In this document: positions 9,168-20,461 of the stretch, piece by piece
Position numbering within the stretch: position 1 is the first letter of the stretch
How the letters are laid out: each line of letters starts with the position of its first letter
Assembly (NCBI GenBank): GCA_035288465.1
Contig: DATEAH010000005.1
Location: forward strand, 67,636 to 131,635
From: Patescibacteria group bacterium
Lineage (GTDB): Bacteria; Patescibacteriota; UBA1384; DATEAH01
Length of the DNA stretch: 64,000 bases
Direction: 5' to 3'
Notes under the pieces: generated by a model
The model's database searches: none
What the model was told of the DNA's origin: nothing
What the model saw: the letters and a program-made list of their open reading frames with translations, nothing else
Program-made: the position numbers and the translations under genes

Positions 9168-9543
9168 TCTTGAGTGGATAATAAGCCGAGTTTTGTTCCG
9201 CCAATTGGCGGAAGATAATCATCTATCTTTGCGGTGGGTCCCAAAATGTCCAAAACGAGCAGCTTCATTACCATATGGTGACATTTCAGTCCATTCCACC
9301 TTGCACCGGATAGGGTTTACCACTTTCCGATGTTACCATTGGAAAGAGAGGCTTCTTAGGTCCTCACTTTTCACCCTTACCACGCCTCATCGGCGGGCGG
9401 TTTAGTTTCTGTGACACTTTCCCTCGTTCGCACGGCCCTTCATCCCCAAATGTTAATCTGAAGGGTGCGGGGTATCCTGCTCTGTGGTGCTCGGACTTTC
9501 CTCTCCACCTCATCGGTGGAGCGATTATCTAATCCACTCAAGA
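9168..9543 (-). ncRNA. rnpB: RNase P RNA
   Basis: GAGGAAAGTCC near the 5' end, ACAAAACTCGGCTTA near the 3' end, P1 helix TCTTGAGTGGAT/ATCCACTCAAGA; TTGACA-N17-TAAAAT promoter. Confidence 0.95.
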
Positions 9544-9575
9544 CAGCCTAATTTTACCAAATAAAGCCTATTTTG

Positions 9576-12446
9576 TCAAGTATTTTTCAAGAGTTTTTTG
9601 AGGTATTGGCCGGTGTAGGATTTGGCCACTTTGGAAACCGCTTCAGGGGAACCGGTGGCTGTCACATAGCCGCCTTTTTCGCCACCTTCTGGGCCTAAAT
9701 CTATTAGCCAGTCGGCAGCTTTAATGACATCCATATTATGTTCGACGACTAAAACTGAATTTCCCATCTCCACTAAGCGATCTAAAACACCCATTAATTT
9801 GGTAATATCTTCAAAATGCAAACCAGTGGTAGGTTCGTCTAAAATATACAGGGTTGAACCGGTGGCTTTGCGCGATAATTCCGTGGCTAATTTAACCCGC
9901 TGCGCTTCCCCACCAGACAAGGTAATTGCCGATTGTCCCAAATGAATATAGCCTAAACCAACGTCGTCTAAAATTTTTAATTTTTCTCGAACTTGGGGAA
10001 TATTTTCAAAAAATCCAAGAGCCTCAACCACCGTCATTTCCAAAACATCCGCAATAGTTTTGCCTCGAAAATGGATTTCCAAAGCTTCTTTGTTGTATCT
10101 TTTGCCTTTACATTCTTCGCAGGTGATCCAAATATCGGGTAAAAAATGCATTTCAATTTTTATCTGACCTTCGCCATGGCAAGTCTCACATCTGCCGCCC
10201 TTAACATTAAAGGAAAAACGACCGGCACGATATCCTCTAAGTTTCGCTTCTGGAGTTGAGGCAAAAAGTTCGCGAATTGGTGTAAACAAACCGGTGTAGG
10301 TAGCCGGATTTGAACGAGGAGTGCGGCCAATCGGCGATTGATCAATCATAATGACTTTGTTGAGATATTCAAGGCCGCGAATTTCTTGGTGTTTGCCGGG
10401 CGCGACTCTTGAACGATGGAATTTTTTCGCCAAGGCTTTGGCTAAAATTTCACAAATCAAGGTTGATTTTCCCGATCCAGAAACGCCAGTAACACAAGTT
10501 AGTAAACCTATTGGAATTTTAACATTGATCTTTTTGAGATTAAATTCTTCGGCACCAATAATTTCCAAAAATTTATGATTAGGTTGGCGGCGTTTTTCAG
10601 GGATGGGGTTGGCTTTTTTACCAGATAAATATTGGCCAGTAATTGATTTAGGATTTTTTGAAATTTGGCTGACGGTGCCTTGAGCAATAATTTTTCCACC
10701 TAAATCGCCGGCTCCAGGTCCAATATCAAAAATATAATCGGCAGCTATTATAGTTTCCATATCATGTTCAACTACAATCACGCTATTGCCTAAATCACGC
10801 AAATCCTTGAGAGTTTTGAGCAATCTGCTGACATCGCGCTGGTGCAAACCAATCGAAGGCTCATCTAAAATATAAACGACGCCGACTAAACCAGAACCAA
10901 TTTGCGTGGCAAGCCGGATTCGCTGCGCTTCCCCACCAGCCAGAGTGGCAACATTACGATTTAAGGTTAAATAGGATAAACCGACATTTTCCAAAAATTT
11001 TAAACGCGCTTTAATTTCTTTTAATATCTGGTTGGCAATAATTTTATTTTTTTCGCTTAATTTCGCGTCAAGTTTTTTAAAAAATTCAATTAGTTTTTCG
11101 ACAGATAATTGCGCCACTTCAATAATTGATTTATCGGCCAAAGTGATAGCTAGGGCTTCGGGTTTTAAGCGCTGACCATGGCAAGTTGGACAAATTTTTT
11201 CTACCATATATTTTCTAATTTCCGAGCGAATAAAATCTGAGTCAGTTTCCATATATCGACGCTGAAGATTAGGAACAACACCTTCAAAATTTGTCACATA
11301 TTCTCGAACGGATCCGGCACCGGATGAGACTTGATAAACCTCGTTGCCGGTACCATATAAAACCAAATTCAGGGTCTTGCCGCTTAATTCTCGAACCGGG
11401 ACATTAACGGAAAATTTATGTACAACGGCGACCTTATCTAAAATTCTTTGAAACCAAGTAGAATGGGAAACAGTTCTGACCCATGGCCGAATGGCGCCCT
11501 CAGCCAAGGTTAAATTTTTGTTGGGAATTACCAAATTTGGTTCAACCTCTAATTTTGTCCCTAATCCTTGGCAATCCGGACATGCGCCATGTGGGGAATT
11601 AAAAGAAAAAAGCCGAGGCTGAATTTCTGGCAAACTAATCCCACAATCAGGACAGGCAAAATGTTCAGAAAAAATTATATCTCGGTCATTTTCAAAATCA
11701 TGAATATAAATAATGCCATCACCCAGATCTAAAGCTGTTTCCACCGATCCTGAGAGCCTGGTTTTATCTAAACCCTTAGATAACATCAAGCGGTCCACTA
11801 CGACTTCGATTGAATGTTTTTTATTTTTATCCAATTTTGGGACTTGCGATAAATCGTAAACTGATTTGTCAACCCGGACCCGCACAAAACCGGCTTTAGC
11901 AATTTCTTCAAAAACCTTTTTGTGCTCGCCTTTTTGGTCTAAAATAATCGGCGATAAAATCATCACTTTTTTTTCGGGTTTTTTAGATTTGGCAATTAAG
12001 TTGGCAATTTGTTTGACAATTTGGGTTGGGGTTTGGCTTTGTATGGGTTTGCCACAATTTGGACAATGCGGTTCGCCGATTCTGGCAAATAATAAGCGCA
12101 GATAATCATAAATTTCGGTAATGGTGCCGACCGTGGAACGAGGATTTTTAGAGGCTGATTTTTGGTCAATGGAAATAGCCGGAGACAAACCTTCAATGTA
12201 ATCCACATCTGGTTTTTCCATCACCCCTAAAAATTGTCGCGCATATGAAGATAAACTCTCGACATAACGGCGCTGGCCTTCGGCATAAATTGTATCAAAA
12301 GCTAAAGATGATTTTCCAGACCCGGATAACCCGGTAAAAACGACTAATTTATCTCTGGGAATTTCCAAACTGATATTTTTTAAATTATGTTCACGAGCAC
12401 CAATTATTTTAATTTTTCCGCCAGCAAATTTTGGAGTTTTTGGCAT
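9576..12446 (-). CDS. uvrA: excinuclease ABC subunit A
   Basis: [10 protein letters not shown], two GxSGSGKS ABC domains, Zn fingers, LSGGEAQR. Confidence 0.98.
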   Translation of the reverse strand: MPKTPKFAGGKIKIIGAREHNLKNISLEIPRDKLVVFTGLSGSGKSSLAFDTIYAEGQRRYVESLSSYARQFLGVMEKPDVDYIEGLSPAISIDQKSASKNPRSTVGTITEIYDYLRLLFARIGEPHCPNCGKPIQSQTPTQIVKQIANLIAKSKKPEKKVMILSPIILDQKGEHKKVFEEIAKAGFVRVRVDKSVYDLSQVPKLDKNKKHSIEVVVDRLMLSKGLDKTRLSGSVETALDLGDGIIYIHDFENDRDIIFSEHFACPDCGISLPEIQPRLFSFNSPHGACPDCQGLGTKLEVEPNLVIPNKNLTLAEGAIRPWVRTVSHSTWFQRILDKVAVVHKFSVNVPVRELSGKTLNLVLYGTGNEVYQVSSGAGSVREYVTNFEGVVPNLQRRYMETDSDFIRSEIRKYMVEKICPTCHGQRLKPEALAITLADKSIIEVAQLSVEKLIEFFKKLDAKLSEKNKIIANQILKEIKARLKFLENVGLSYLTLNRNVATLAGGEAQRIRLATQIGSGLVGVVYILDEPSIGLHQRDVSRLLKTLKDLRDLGNSVIVVEHDMETIIAADYIFDIGPGAGDLGGKIIAQGTVSQISKNPKSITGQYLSGKKANPIPEKRRQPNHKFLEIIGAEEFNLKKINVKIPIGLLTCVTGVSGSGKSTLICEILAKALAKKFHRSRVAPGKHQEIRGLEYLNKVIMIDQSPIGRTPRSNPATYTGLFTPIRELFASTPEAKLRGYRAGRFSFNVKGGRCETCHGEGQIKIEMHFLPDIWITCEECKGKRYNKEALEIHFRGKTIADVLEMTVVEALGFFENIPQVREKLKILDDVGLGYIHLGQSAITLSGGEAQRVKLATELSRKATGSTLYILDEPTTGLHFEDITKLMGVLDRLVEMGNSVLVVEHNMDVIKAADWLIDLGPEGGEKGGYVTATGSPEAVSKVAKSYTGQYLKKLLKNT

Positions 12447-12671
12447 CTTGAAGCCTTTCTATGAGTTCAAATTTATAATATTATAATAATATGTCAAAAA
12501 TATATACCAATGAACAATTATATCACGAATGTCAAGAGAATAAAAGTGTTATAAATTGCGTTTTTGAAAATTAAAATTTATTTTTTGGAATTTTTAAATC
12601 ATTTGATATATAATAGAGTTAAATTATCAGCTTTAATATAAAGAGTTTAATTAAATAGATTGGAGTCTATT

Positions 12672-13097
12672 ATGGCAATGTTCGATCAAAACAAACCGGT
12701 GACCAAGAAGGTCTCGGAAACGGTTGTCGGCGTGGATGTGAATTTAACTGGTAATTTGAAAAGTGACGGCGACATCCAAATTAACGGTAAGGTTAAAGGA
12801 GAAGTGGACACCAAAAGCGATTTATTTATTGGTGACCAAGCAGTCATTGAAGGTTCAATCAAGGGCAAAAATGTGGTTGTCACTGGACAGGTGCGTGGAA
12901 ATTTACAGGCTTTGGAAGATTTGGAAATCTCGCCGACTGGTAAAGTTTTTGGCGATTTAGTGACCAAAAATTTAATTGTGAAAAAAGGCGCTTCTTTTAC
13001 CGGCAAAAGTACGATGGGCGAAAACGGCAAAAAAGAATTAAAACCAATTTATGAATTAGAAGAACTCAAAGCTAAGGACCATATAAAGAATTCATAA
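12672..13097 (+). CDS. bactofilin (polymer-forming cytoskeletal protein)
   Basis: Beta-helix repeats GNLKSDGDIQINGKVKGEV...GASFTG. Confidence 0.9.
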   Translation: MAMFDQNKPVTKKVSETVVGVDVNLTGNLKSDGDIQINGKVKGEVDTKSDLFIGDQAVIEGSIKGKNVVVTGQVRGNLQALEDLEISPTGKVFGDLVTKNLIVKKGASFTGKSTMGENGKKELKPIYELEELKAKDHIKNS

Positions 13098-13103
13098 ATT
13101 AAA

Positions 13104-13919
13104 ATGTACTATTTTGTTTTAGAGCAAGCGAAAAATCGTTGGCAAGCCGGTTTTCAAAATCGCATCGCAGCCTTTTTGGATGATTTGCAGATTGTGGGTG
13201 AAATTGCGAAGGCAAATCCAATTCAAAAAGTCGAAGAACTCTGCCAGCTCGGTTTGAAAAAAGGGTATCATACGATTGTGATTATTGGCACCGACACCAC
13301 TATCAGCACTTTGGCCGCTCTGATTGCTAAACAAGGTGCCACTTTGGGAATTGTGCCGATTGATCCGGAAAGCAGTTTTTACAATTTAATTGGCTGCACA
13401 AATTGGGAACAAGCCTGCCTCGCATTGCCAAAAAGAAGGGTTGCCACTTTTGACATGGGACAAGCTGGGGCAGAACGATTTTTTTTAACCTATGTTAAAA
13501 TTGCCCCTGATAAGGCTAAAAAACCATCGCAAGTTTTGTTGGAGATTGCGGACTTTAAAGCTGAGGTACCGGCTTTAAGTATGACCGTGGCAAATGGTCC
13601 TTTGGGAGATGCTGATTCTGAATTAATGCGCCAAGGTTTTTCGGATAGTCTCTTGGATATCTATGTCACCACTCAAGTTGGCCAAACCAATAGTTCAATT
13701 ATCTCCTCAATCTTCAAAACAGAACAAAAAACCACCTTTTCAAGCTTATTTCACGCCGATAGATTTAGAGTTTCGGGCCTGGAACAAATTTTAAATGTTT
13801 TGGGACCTGACGATAGAATTTTGACGAAAACTCCAATCGAATTTTCAATCGTTCCGAGCGCGATTAAAGTAATTATTAAAAAATCATCTGGGGTAAAGGC
13901 TCCAGTGAAACATCAATAA
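13104..13919 (+). CDS. diacylglycerol kinase-like protein (degenerate motifs)
   Basis: IIGTDTT resembling GGDGT, LGIVP, C-terminal TPIEFSIVPSAIKVI. Confidence 0.7.
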   Translation: MYYFVLEQAKNRWQAGFQNRIAAFLDDLQIVGEIAKANPIQKVEELCQLGLKKGYHTIVIIGTDTTISTLAALIAKQGATLGIVPIDPESSFYNLIGCTNWEQACLALPKRRVATFDMGQAGAERFFLTYVKIAPDKAKKPSQVLLEIADFKAEVPALSMTVANGPLGDADSELMRQGFSDSLLDIYVTTQVGQTNSSIISSIFKTEQKTTFSSLFHADRFRVSGLEQILNVLGPDDRILTKTPIEFSIVPSAIKVIIKKSSGVKAPVKHQ

Positions 13920-13978
13920 GGTTAAGGCTTGATTATTTTGCTTTCCTATTATATAATATAAAAACATAGGAGGTTTCG

Positions 13979-14494
13979 ATTAAGAAAAGATTAATCTCAA
14001 ATTGGCAAATCCAATCCCCCAAAGTGCGTTTGGTTGATGAAAATGGTGAGTTTGTGGGAATTTTAGAGCGCGATAAGGCGATTTTTTTTGCCAAAGACCG
14101 CGGTTTTGACTTGGCGATCGTGGCTGAAAATGCTAATCCACCAGTGGCCAAATTAATTGATTTTGGTAAGTACCAGTATGAACAGGAAAAAATTGCCCGC
14201 AAACAAAGAAAAGGTAAAACAGGTGAATTAAAAGAAATTCGAATTGGCTTTAAAATTTCCGAGCACGATTTGGACATCAAGATCAAACGGGCGGAAAAAT
14301 TTATTGTCAAAGGCCATCGCGTTCGCGTAAATTTAAGGCTCAGGGGACGGGAAATGCAATTTCAACCCAGAGCTTATGAAATGCTGGCAAAATTTGCCGA
14401 AAAATTAGCAAAAATTAGCACCATTGAATCCCCAGCCAGCAAAGAACGCAATCAATTTAACATCTTGTTAAAACCGGCCAAAAGCCAAAACTAA
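13979..14494 (+). CDS. infC: translation initiation factor IF-3 (ATT start)
   Basis: AGGAGG then in-frame ATT at 13979; NWQIQSPKVRLVD, PPVAKLIDFGKY, RLRGRE. Confidence 0.95.
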   Translation: MKKRLISNWQIQSPKVRLVDENGEFVGILERDKAIFFAKDRGFDLAIVAENANPPVAKLIDFGKYQYEQEKIARKQRKGKTGELKEIRIGFKISEHDLDIKIKRAEKFIVKGHRVRVNLRLRGREMQFQPRAYEMLAKFAEKLAKISTIESPASKERNQFNILLKPAKSQN

Positions 14495-14560
14495 AAAGAT
14501 TATAAAATTTAAATTTGAAAATATTTATTTTGATATTGATGAATAATTTGAAGGAATGAA

Positions 14561-14758
14561 ATGAAGTTAAAAACACATCGAGGATTAGCAAAAAGAATTA
14601 AAAAAACTAAAACTGGCAAGATTAAACGCAGATCAGCCTTTATTTCGCATTTATTAAGTAAAAAATCAGCGGCTCGCAAACGCCGACATGCTGTGTCACA
14701 AGACGTAAGCATGGCAGATCGAAAAGTGGTGAGAAAATTAGTCCCATATAATAAATAA
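14561..14758 (+). CDS. rpmI: 50S ribosomal protein L35
   Basis: [16 protein letters not shown]; infC-rpmI-rplT synteny. Confidence 0.95.
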   Translation: MKLKTHRGLAKRIKKTKTGKIKRRSAFISHLLSKKSAARKRRHAVSQDVSMADRKVVRKLVPYNK

Positions 14759-14870
14759 GATTAAAAATAAAATTGAAAAAATTAAAGATGCAGAGTAAAA
14801 ATTAAAAATCTAATAGTATTTTTATCTTTTCTCTCTAATCTTTTATTTTGAACGACCAAAGGGAGTAAAT

Positions 14871-15218
14871 ATGCCAAGAATCAAGCGCGGCGTAATGGTT
14901 CGAAAAAGACATAAAAAAATTAAAAAGCTGACCAAGGGTTACATGAAAACCCGCCAGGCTTCAATTAAAAAAGCCAAAGAGGCGGTGGTGAAGGCTGGAC
15001 AACACGCCTATCGAGATCGCCGAGGCAAGAAAAGATTAATGCGCCGACTTTGGATTAGCCAATTAAATGCCTATTTGAAAGCCAACGAGATTAGTTATTC
15101 AAAATTTATGGGTCTTTTGAAAAAGAATAAAATTGAACTTAATCGAAAAATTTTAGCCGAACTCGCCCAAAATGAATCCGGGATTCTTAAGAAAATTATT
15201 GAAGAAGTCAAAAGTTAA
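14871..15218 (+). CDS. rplT: 50S ribosomal protein L20
   Basis: MPRIKRG, AYRDRR, RRLWI, LNRKILAELA. Confidence 0.97.
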   Translation: MPRIKRGVMVRKRHKKIKKLTKGYMKTRQASIKKAKEAVVKAGQHAYRDRRGKKRLMRRLWISQLNAYLKANEISYSKFMGLLKKNKIELNRKILAELAQNESGILKKIIEEVKS

Positions 15219-16750
15219 TACATGTTTTGGTCTTTGGGACGATATTGGAGAGCCTCAGCTAAATGTTGAGGGTGAATTTGAGTACTATTTTCTAAATCGG
15301 CAATGGTTCTGGCTAATTTTAAAACCCGATGATATGCTCGAGCAGATAAATTAAGTTGCATAGCGGCATTTTTAAGTAAATTCTGCGATTTTTCGTCCAA
15401 TTGGCAGAATTTTTTTATATCTTGAACTTTCATTTCTGAATTGGTGAGGATTTTTAAATCTGAAAAGCGAGTGCGTTGTCTATCTCTGGCTGATTCAACC
15501 CGTTTTCTAATTTTGGCAGATTCTTCGGAAACTTTTTCCGAGGTTAATTTTTCTAATTTTACCGCGGGGATTTCAATATGAATATCGATTCGATCTACGA
15601 GAGGCCCTGAGATTTTTTTCTGATAATGCATAATTTGGCTTGGTCCACAAACGCATTGCCTTTTGGGATCATTTAAATAACCACACGGGCATGGATTCAT
15701 GGCGGCCACTAAGGTAAAATGGGCGGGAAATTGCAGGGTTCCTAGGGCCCTGGAAATGGTAATGATTCGATCTTCCAAGGGTTGCCTGAGAGCTTCTAAA
15801 ACTGCCCGGCCAAATTCTGGCAATTCATCTAAAAACAAAACTCCTTTGTGCGCTAAAGTGACTTCACCTGGTCGAGGATGTGCGCCACCACCCACCAAAG
15901 AGATGTTAGAAGCAGTATGGTGAGGCGAGCGAAATGGCCTAGAAGAAATTAATGGTGAATCATATGGCAAAATTCCTGCCACCGAATAAATTTTGGTGAT
16001 TTCTAATGATTCTTCGGGGGTCATTTTGGGCATAATCGAAGGCATGGCCCGTGCCAGTAAGGTTTTGCCAGATCCTGGCGGTCCAGACATTAAGACATTA
16101 TGTGCGCCAGCGGCGGCGACTTCTAAAGCGCGCTTGGCTTGTTCTTGGCCAGCGATATAGGCCATATCAAAATCATATAATTCATCCTTATCTAAAGTTA
16201 ATTTACCGGCAGATTTGATTTTGGAAATCTGTTTTTCCATTTTAAGATGATATATGAGTTGTTTAAGACTTGAAACTGGATACAAATCTAGGCCAGCCAC
16301 TAATTCGGCTTCGGCTAAATTTGATTCCGGCAGATAAATTTTTTGAATGCTTGATTTTTTGGCCATTAAAGCCATGGGTAAAATCCCAGAAATCCGGCGC
16401 AATTTGCCATCTAATGATAATTCACCCAAAAATAAATTCTCGTGCGAATTTAAAAAAGTCGGGATTTGCTCTGAGGCTGCTAAAATCCCAACTGCAATCG
16501 CTAAATCAAAAGCTGGTCCAGATTTTGGCAAATCAGCCGGCGCTAAATTTACTGTTAACCGACGATCCGCCATTTTGGCTGATGAATTCTTGATCGCCGC
16601 TCGGACTCGCTCTTTTGATTCTTCAACGGCTTTGTCTGGTAAACCAACCATATTAAAAGCAGGTAAACCAGAAGAGATATCGGCTTCGACCTCAATTGGT
16701 AAAGCTTCGAGTCCAACCACTGATGCGGCTAAGATCTTTGCCACAGCCAT
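15215..16750 (-). CDS. comM: YifB/ComM Mg-chelatase-like AAA+ ATPase
   Basis: VGLPDKAVEESKERVR, GPPGSGKT, RPFRSPHHT, LFLDELPEF. Confidence 0.93.
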   Translation of the reverse strand: MAVAKILAASVVGLEALPIEVEADISSGLPAFNMVGLPDKAVEESKERVRAAIKNSSAKMADRRLTVNLAPADLPKSGPAFDLAIAVGILAASEQIPTFLNSHENLFLGELSLDGKLRRISGILPMALMAKKSSIQKIYLPESNLAEAELVAGLDLYPVSSLKQLIYHLKMEKQISKIKSAGKLTLDKDELYDFDMAYIAGQEQAKRALEVAAAGAHNVLMSGPPGSGKTLLARAMPSIMPKMTPEESLEITKIYSVAGILPYDSPLISSRPFRSPHHTASNISLVGGGAHPRPGEVTLAHKGVLFLDELPEFGRAVLEALRQPLEDRIITISRALGTLQFPAHFTLVAAMNPCPCGYLNDPKRQCVCGPSQIMHYQKKISGPLVDRIDIHIEIPAVKLEKLTSEKVSEESAKIRKRVESARDRQRTRFSDLKILTNSEMKVQDIKKFCQLDEKSQNLLKNAAMQLNLSARAYHRVLKLARTIADLENSTQIHPQHLAEALQYRPKDQNMY

Positions 16751-16881
16751 ATTTTCTCCTAATCTTTTAGCTCTGTTTTATCTTAACTATATTCTACCAC
16801 AAATTTGAAATTGTTATTTAAAAAAGCCGTGACAGGGTATTGATCTCGAAGGATCAGTTCCGTGCAACGGCTTGAAAAAAA

Positions 16882-17262
16882 TTAGTACGAACCTCCTCTT
16901 TCAATGTATGGGAGCGAAGATTTTCCAATTTTATTATTGGCAAAACTTGTAAAAACCCTCCAACCTCCGTGACTGCGTAAATGCGCAACCTGAATTCTTG
17001 AATTGAGCCCATTCCATCTTTCGGCAAAGGGGTAGGCGGCAACTTGATCTTCAAAAAGCTGGATGTCTCCAGCCCTCAATAATCCCAGGGCGGCAAATGC
17101 CACATCTGTCCGAAAACAACCTAATTCTTCAGGATAGGTGGGAAAACGACGCAACCAAAATATGGCTTTCCTTCTAATAATTCTTGGGGCAAAATAGCAT
17201 AGGGTAATAAGAATCCATCTTTTAAATTCCACAATCATGCCACTCTTGCTGACTTTCCACAT
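16882..17262 (-). CDS. hypothetical protein
   Basis: 126-aa ORF directly downstream of 17269-17856. Confidence 0.5.
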   Translation of the reverse strand: MWKVSKSGMIVEFKRWILITLCYFAPRIIRRKAIFWLRRFPTYPEELGCFRTDVAFAALGLLRAGDIQLFEDQVAAYPFAERWNGLNSRIQVAHLRSHGGWRVFTSFANNKIGKSSLPYIERGGSY

Positions 17263-17268
17263 TGACGA

Positions 17269-17856
17269 TCACGCCCCTTTGTCCTTTAGGATGGTGGTAA
17301 TTTCTTCATCTGAGAGACCTAACGATTTACCCATCCCTAGAGTGCAAGCCTTCCAAATATGACCTGAGGCCATTCCTTTCAACCTGGCAGTAATTATCTT
17401 TCTTCCCTCTTCTCGCCTTGTTGTAATCTGGCAGAGATAAATGGCATATGTGAATGCGCAATGGTTAATTGAATGGGGATGTCCTCCCTCACGATGAAGC
17501 CTTGTGTACCTTTCCTTGTATTTATCTGCCAAAAAGTTATAAATGCGTTCCTGATCTTCTGGAGATGTCCTTTCCCGCCAGACTTCAAGACCCGCTAAAT
17601 GAAGCTCCTGCTCTAAGAAATAGTCGCTGTCTTTGCCCAGCCAGGGCAAATAATCATTCCCCATACACATAAAGGGAAGATCCGGGTAAACCTTCACTCT
17701 ACCTTCGATATGGTCTAAACCCGCATCTGTAGTTAGAAATCTGCTTACCTCCGGGTCAAGCCTAAATGGTGGGGAAAGTACAATGATATCTTGACCCCAA
17801 TCATCAAATCCGGTAGGTCCGGCTTTACGCACAAGAATGTCTTGCAGGCTTTGCAT
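17269..17856 (-). CDS. hypothetical protein
   Basis: ATG after GAGGTG; track start 17934 is the TTGACA of a promoter. Confidence 0.65.
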   Translation of the reverse strand: MQSLQDILVRKAGPTGFDDWGQDIIVLSPPFRLDPEVSRFLTTDAGLDHIEGRVKVYPDLPFMCMGNDYLPWLGKDSDYFLEQELHLAGLEVWRERTSPEDQERIYNFLADKYKERYTRLHREGGHPHSINHCAFTYAIYLCQITTRREEGRKIITARLKGMASGHIWKACTLGMGKSLGLSDEEITTILKDKGA

Positions 17857-17937
17857 ATTCCACACCTCACCTGGTTCGAGATGTCGTCCCAAGAGTACTA
17901 AAGATATTTTATTATAATTTATAGCAATTGTCAAGAG

Positions 17938-19539
17938 TTAATCTCTATTTTTTATCGCCGCTCCAATAAAACCCAAAAATAATGGATGAGGTTTAATTGG
18001 TCTTGATTTGAATTCGGGATGGGCTTGGGTAGCAACGAAATAGGGATGATTCGCCAACTCAATAAATTCGACTAATTTTTTATCAGGTGAGTTGCCGGAA
18101 AAAATTAAGCCATTTTTTTGTAAAATTTGATGATATTCCGGATTAACTTCATAACGATGTCGATGCCTTTCTGCGATTTGATTTTTTCCGTATAATTTTC
18201 TGATCTTAGAATCTGGTTTTAAAATTGCCGGATACGAGCCCAAACGCATCGTGCCGCCCATTGACTTAATTTTTAATTGCTCTGGTAAATATTCGATAAC
18301 TGGATACTTAGTTTTTGGGTTAAACTCGGTGGAGTTTGCATCATGCAATTTACACATATTTCGAGCAAATTCGATTACAGCAACCTGCAAACCCAAACAT
18401 AAACCCAAAAAAGGAATTTTATTTTCACGGGCAAATTGAATCGCTTTGACCTTACCTTCGATGCCACGAATCCCAAAACCTCCAGGCACTAAAATGCCAT
18501 CAACTTTAGATAATATTTTATTAATTTTAAGGGTATTTTCGCTATCTACCCCGATAATATTTATTTTCGTTTGGTAAGCTATGCCGGCATGACGCAAAGC
18601 TTCCACCACGGAAATATAGGCGTCAGGATGATCTAAATATTTTCCAACCATAGCAATATTAATCGTTTTTTTAACATCGTGACATTTTTTGACAATTTGC
18701 CGCCAATCATTAAGGTTAGGTTTTTTAAATCTTAATTTAAATTTTTTAGCCACTTGCCGAGCTAATCCGGCTTTGGCTAAATTTAAAGGAATTTCATAAA
18801 GTGAATTGGCATTTATTGCTTCAATGACATTTTTTTCATCAACATCACAAAAAAGAGCAATTTTTTTACGGATTGAATCACTTAATTTTTCCTTACATCT
18901 AACGACTAAAAGACCGGCTTGAATGCCATCGCTGCGTAAAAGTTGAACGCTTTGCTGAATCGGCTTGGTTTTGGCTTCTTCAGACGGATAAATATAAACA
19001 ATTTTTACCACATGAATATATAAAACATTTTCTTCGCCGACGTCATGACGAAACTGGCGGGCAGCTTCGATAAAAGGCAAACCTTCGATGTCACCAATCG
19101 TGCCACCAATTTCACAAATTAAAAAATCCGCCTGAGATTTTTGGGCGGCTAATTTGATGCGACGTTTAATTTCCTCGGTAACATGAGGAATAATTTGGAT
19201 GGTGCTGCCCAAAAAATCACCATGCCGTTCTTTTTCGGTAACAGCGGAATAAATAATTCCCGTAGTAAAATTTGAAAGTTGCGATAAATTTTCGCCAACA
19301 AACCTTTCATAATGACCTAAATCCAAATCGGTTTCGGTACCATCTTCGGTCACAAAAACCTCACCATGTTGAAAAGGATTCATGGTGCCAGCATCCTTAT
19401 TTAAGTACGGATCAACTTTTAGCATTCCAACTTTGAAACCTGATTTTTTTAACAATAACCCTAACGATGCTGCCGTAATCCCCTTACCAATACCGGAAAC
19501 AATGCCGCCGGTAATAAAAATATACTTAGTTTTGGACAA
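17938..19539 (-). CDS. pyrG: CTP synthase
   Basis: TGGIVSGIGKG, DLGHYERF, GLCLG, ERHRHRYE, QAHPEF. Confidence 0.98.
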   Translation of the reverse strand: MSKTKYIFITGGIVSGIGKGITAASLGLLLKKSGFKVGMLKVDPYLNKDAGTMNPFQHGEVFVTEDGTETDLDLGHYERFVGENLSQLSNFTTGIIYSAVTEKERHGDFLGSTIQIIPHVTEEIKRRIKLAAQKSQADFLICEIGGTIGDIEGLPFIEAARQFRHDVGEENVLYIHVVKIVYIYPSEEAKTKPIQQSVQLLRSDGIQAGLLVVRCKEKLSDSIRKKIALFCDVDEKNVIEAINANSLYEIPLNLAKAGLARQVAKKFKLRFKKPNLNDWRQIVKKCHDVKKTINIAMVGKYLDHPDAYISVVEALRHAGIAYQTKINIIGVDSENTLKINKILSKVDGILVPGGFGIRGIEGKVKAIQFARENKIPFLGLCLGLQVAVIEFARNMCKLHDANSTEFNPKTKYPVIEYLPEQLKIKSMGGTMRLGSYPAILKPDSKIRKLYGKNQIAERHRHRYEVNPEYHQILQKNGLIFSGNSPDKKLVEFIELANHPYFVATQAHPEFKSRPIKPHPLFLGFIGAAIKNRD

Positions 19540-20455
19540 TTGTGGCTCCTCCTGCCCCTCTTTTTAAAAATTTGTTTATTGCAATTTCTGCATTTTGGAC
19601 ATTTTCTATCCAGATAATATTTTTATCTCGACGAAACCATGTCATTTGCCTACGGGCGAAGTTTCTGGTTCGAGTTTTAGCAGTTTGTAAGGCTTCTTCA
19701 AGACTTATATTCCTGCGAACATATTCACCTATTTCCCGATATACTAAACCTGATATGGCCGGTAAATTAAAGTCATATCCGGCTTTATATAATTTTTGAA
19801 CTTCCTCAACCAATCCCTTTTTAACCATTTCGTCTAACCGCTGATTTATCTTTTCATATAATTTTTCCCGCGAGACTTTGACGCCAATTTTTAAAATCCG
19901 ATAACATGGTTTATCGGCAGTCTTAAGTTTTGAAAACTTCTTGCCAGAGGTTATGCATACTTCCAAGGCGCGAATTAGACGCCGTTTATTTTTTAAATCA
20001 ATCTTGCCAAAAGTATCCGGGTCTTTAATTTTGAGTAATTTTTGTAAAGCTGCGAGCGATTTTTTGGCTAATTTGAGGCGTAATTTTGAATCCAAGCTAA
20101 TGGGTGGAAGCTTAAAATTATAACAAACCGCATCAATATATAAACCGGTGCCGCCAACCATAAAGGGTAATTTACCTTTTTTATGGATTTGATTTATGGT
20201 TTTTTGGGCTAATTTTTGAAAATCAGCTACGGAAAATTCTTGATCTGGTTTGATAATATCTAACAGATAGTGCGGGACAACTTGTTGTTCTTTTTTTGAA
20301 GGCTTGGCGGTTCCGATGTCCATTTTTTCATAAATGGTCCTCGAATCTGCAGAAATTATTTCACCATTAAATTTTTTGGCAAGGTGAATTGCCCAAGAAG
20401 TTTTACCCGAGGCGGTTGGTCCTAAAATTACAATTAACGGTTTTTCGATAGTCAT
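19526..20455 (-). CDS. miaA: tRNA dimethylallyltransferase
   Basis: GPTASGKT, IISADSR, MDIGTAKP, VGGTGLY, RRQMTWF. Confidence 0.97.
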   Translation of the reverse strand: MTIEKPLIVILGPTASGKTSWAIHLAKKFNGEIISADSRTIYEKMDIGTAKPSKKEQQVVPHYLLDIIKPDQEFSVADFQKLAQKTINQIHKKGKLPFMVGGTGLYIDAVCYNFKLPPISLDSKLRLKLAKKSLAALQKLLKIKDPDTFGKIDLKNKRRLIRALEVCITSGKKFSKLKTADKPCYRILKIGVKVSREKLYEKINQRLDEMVKKGLVEEVQKLYKAGYDFNLPAISGLVYREIGEYVRRNISLEEALQTAKTRTRNFARRQMTWFRRDKNIIWIENVQNAEIAINKFLKRGAGGATIVQN

Positions 20456-20461
20456 TTATCT

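Noticed and set aside
9193-9405. 70-aa ORF
   Set aside because: Lies antisense within rnpB.
14755-14860. Long AT-rich imperfect hairpin between rpmI and rplT (similar low-complexity spacers at ~22005-22070, 46220-46290 and 47605-47660)
   Set aside because: Low complexity and no clear shared motif; cannot support a specific element.
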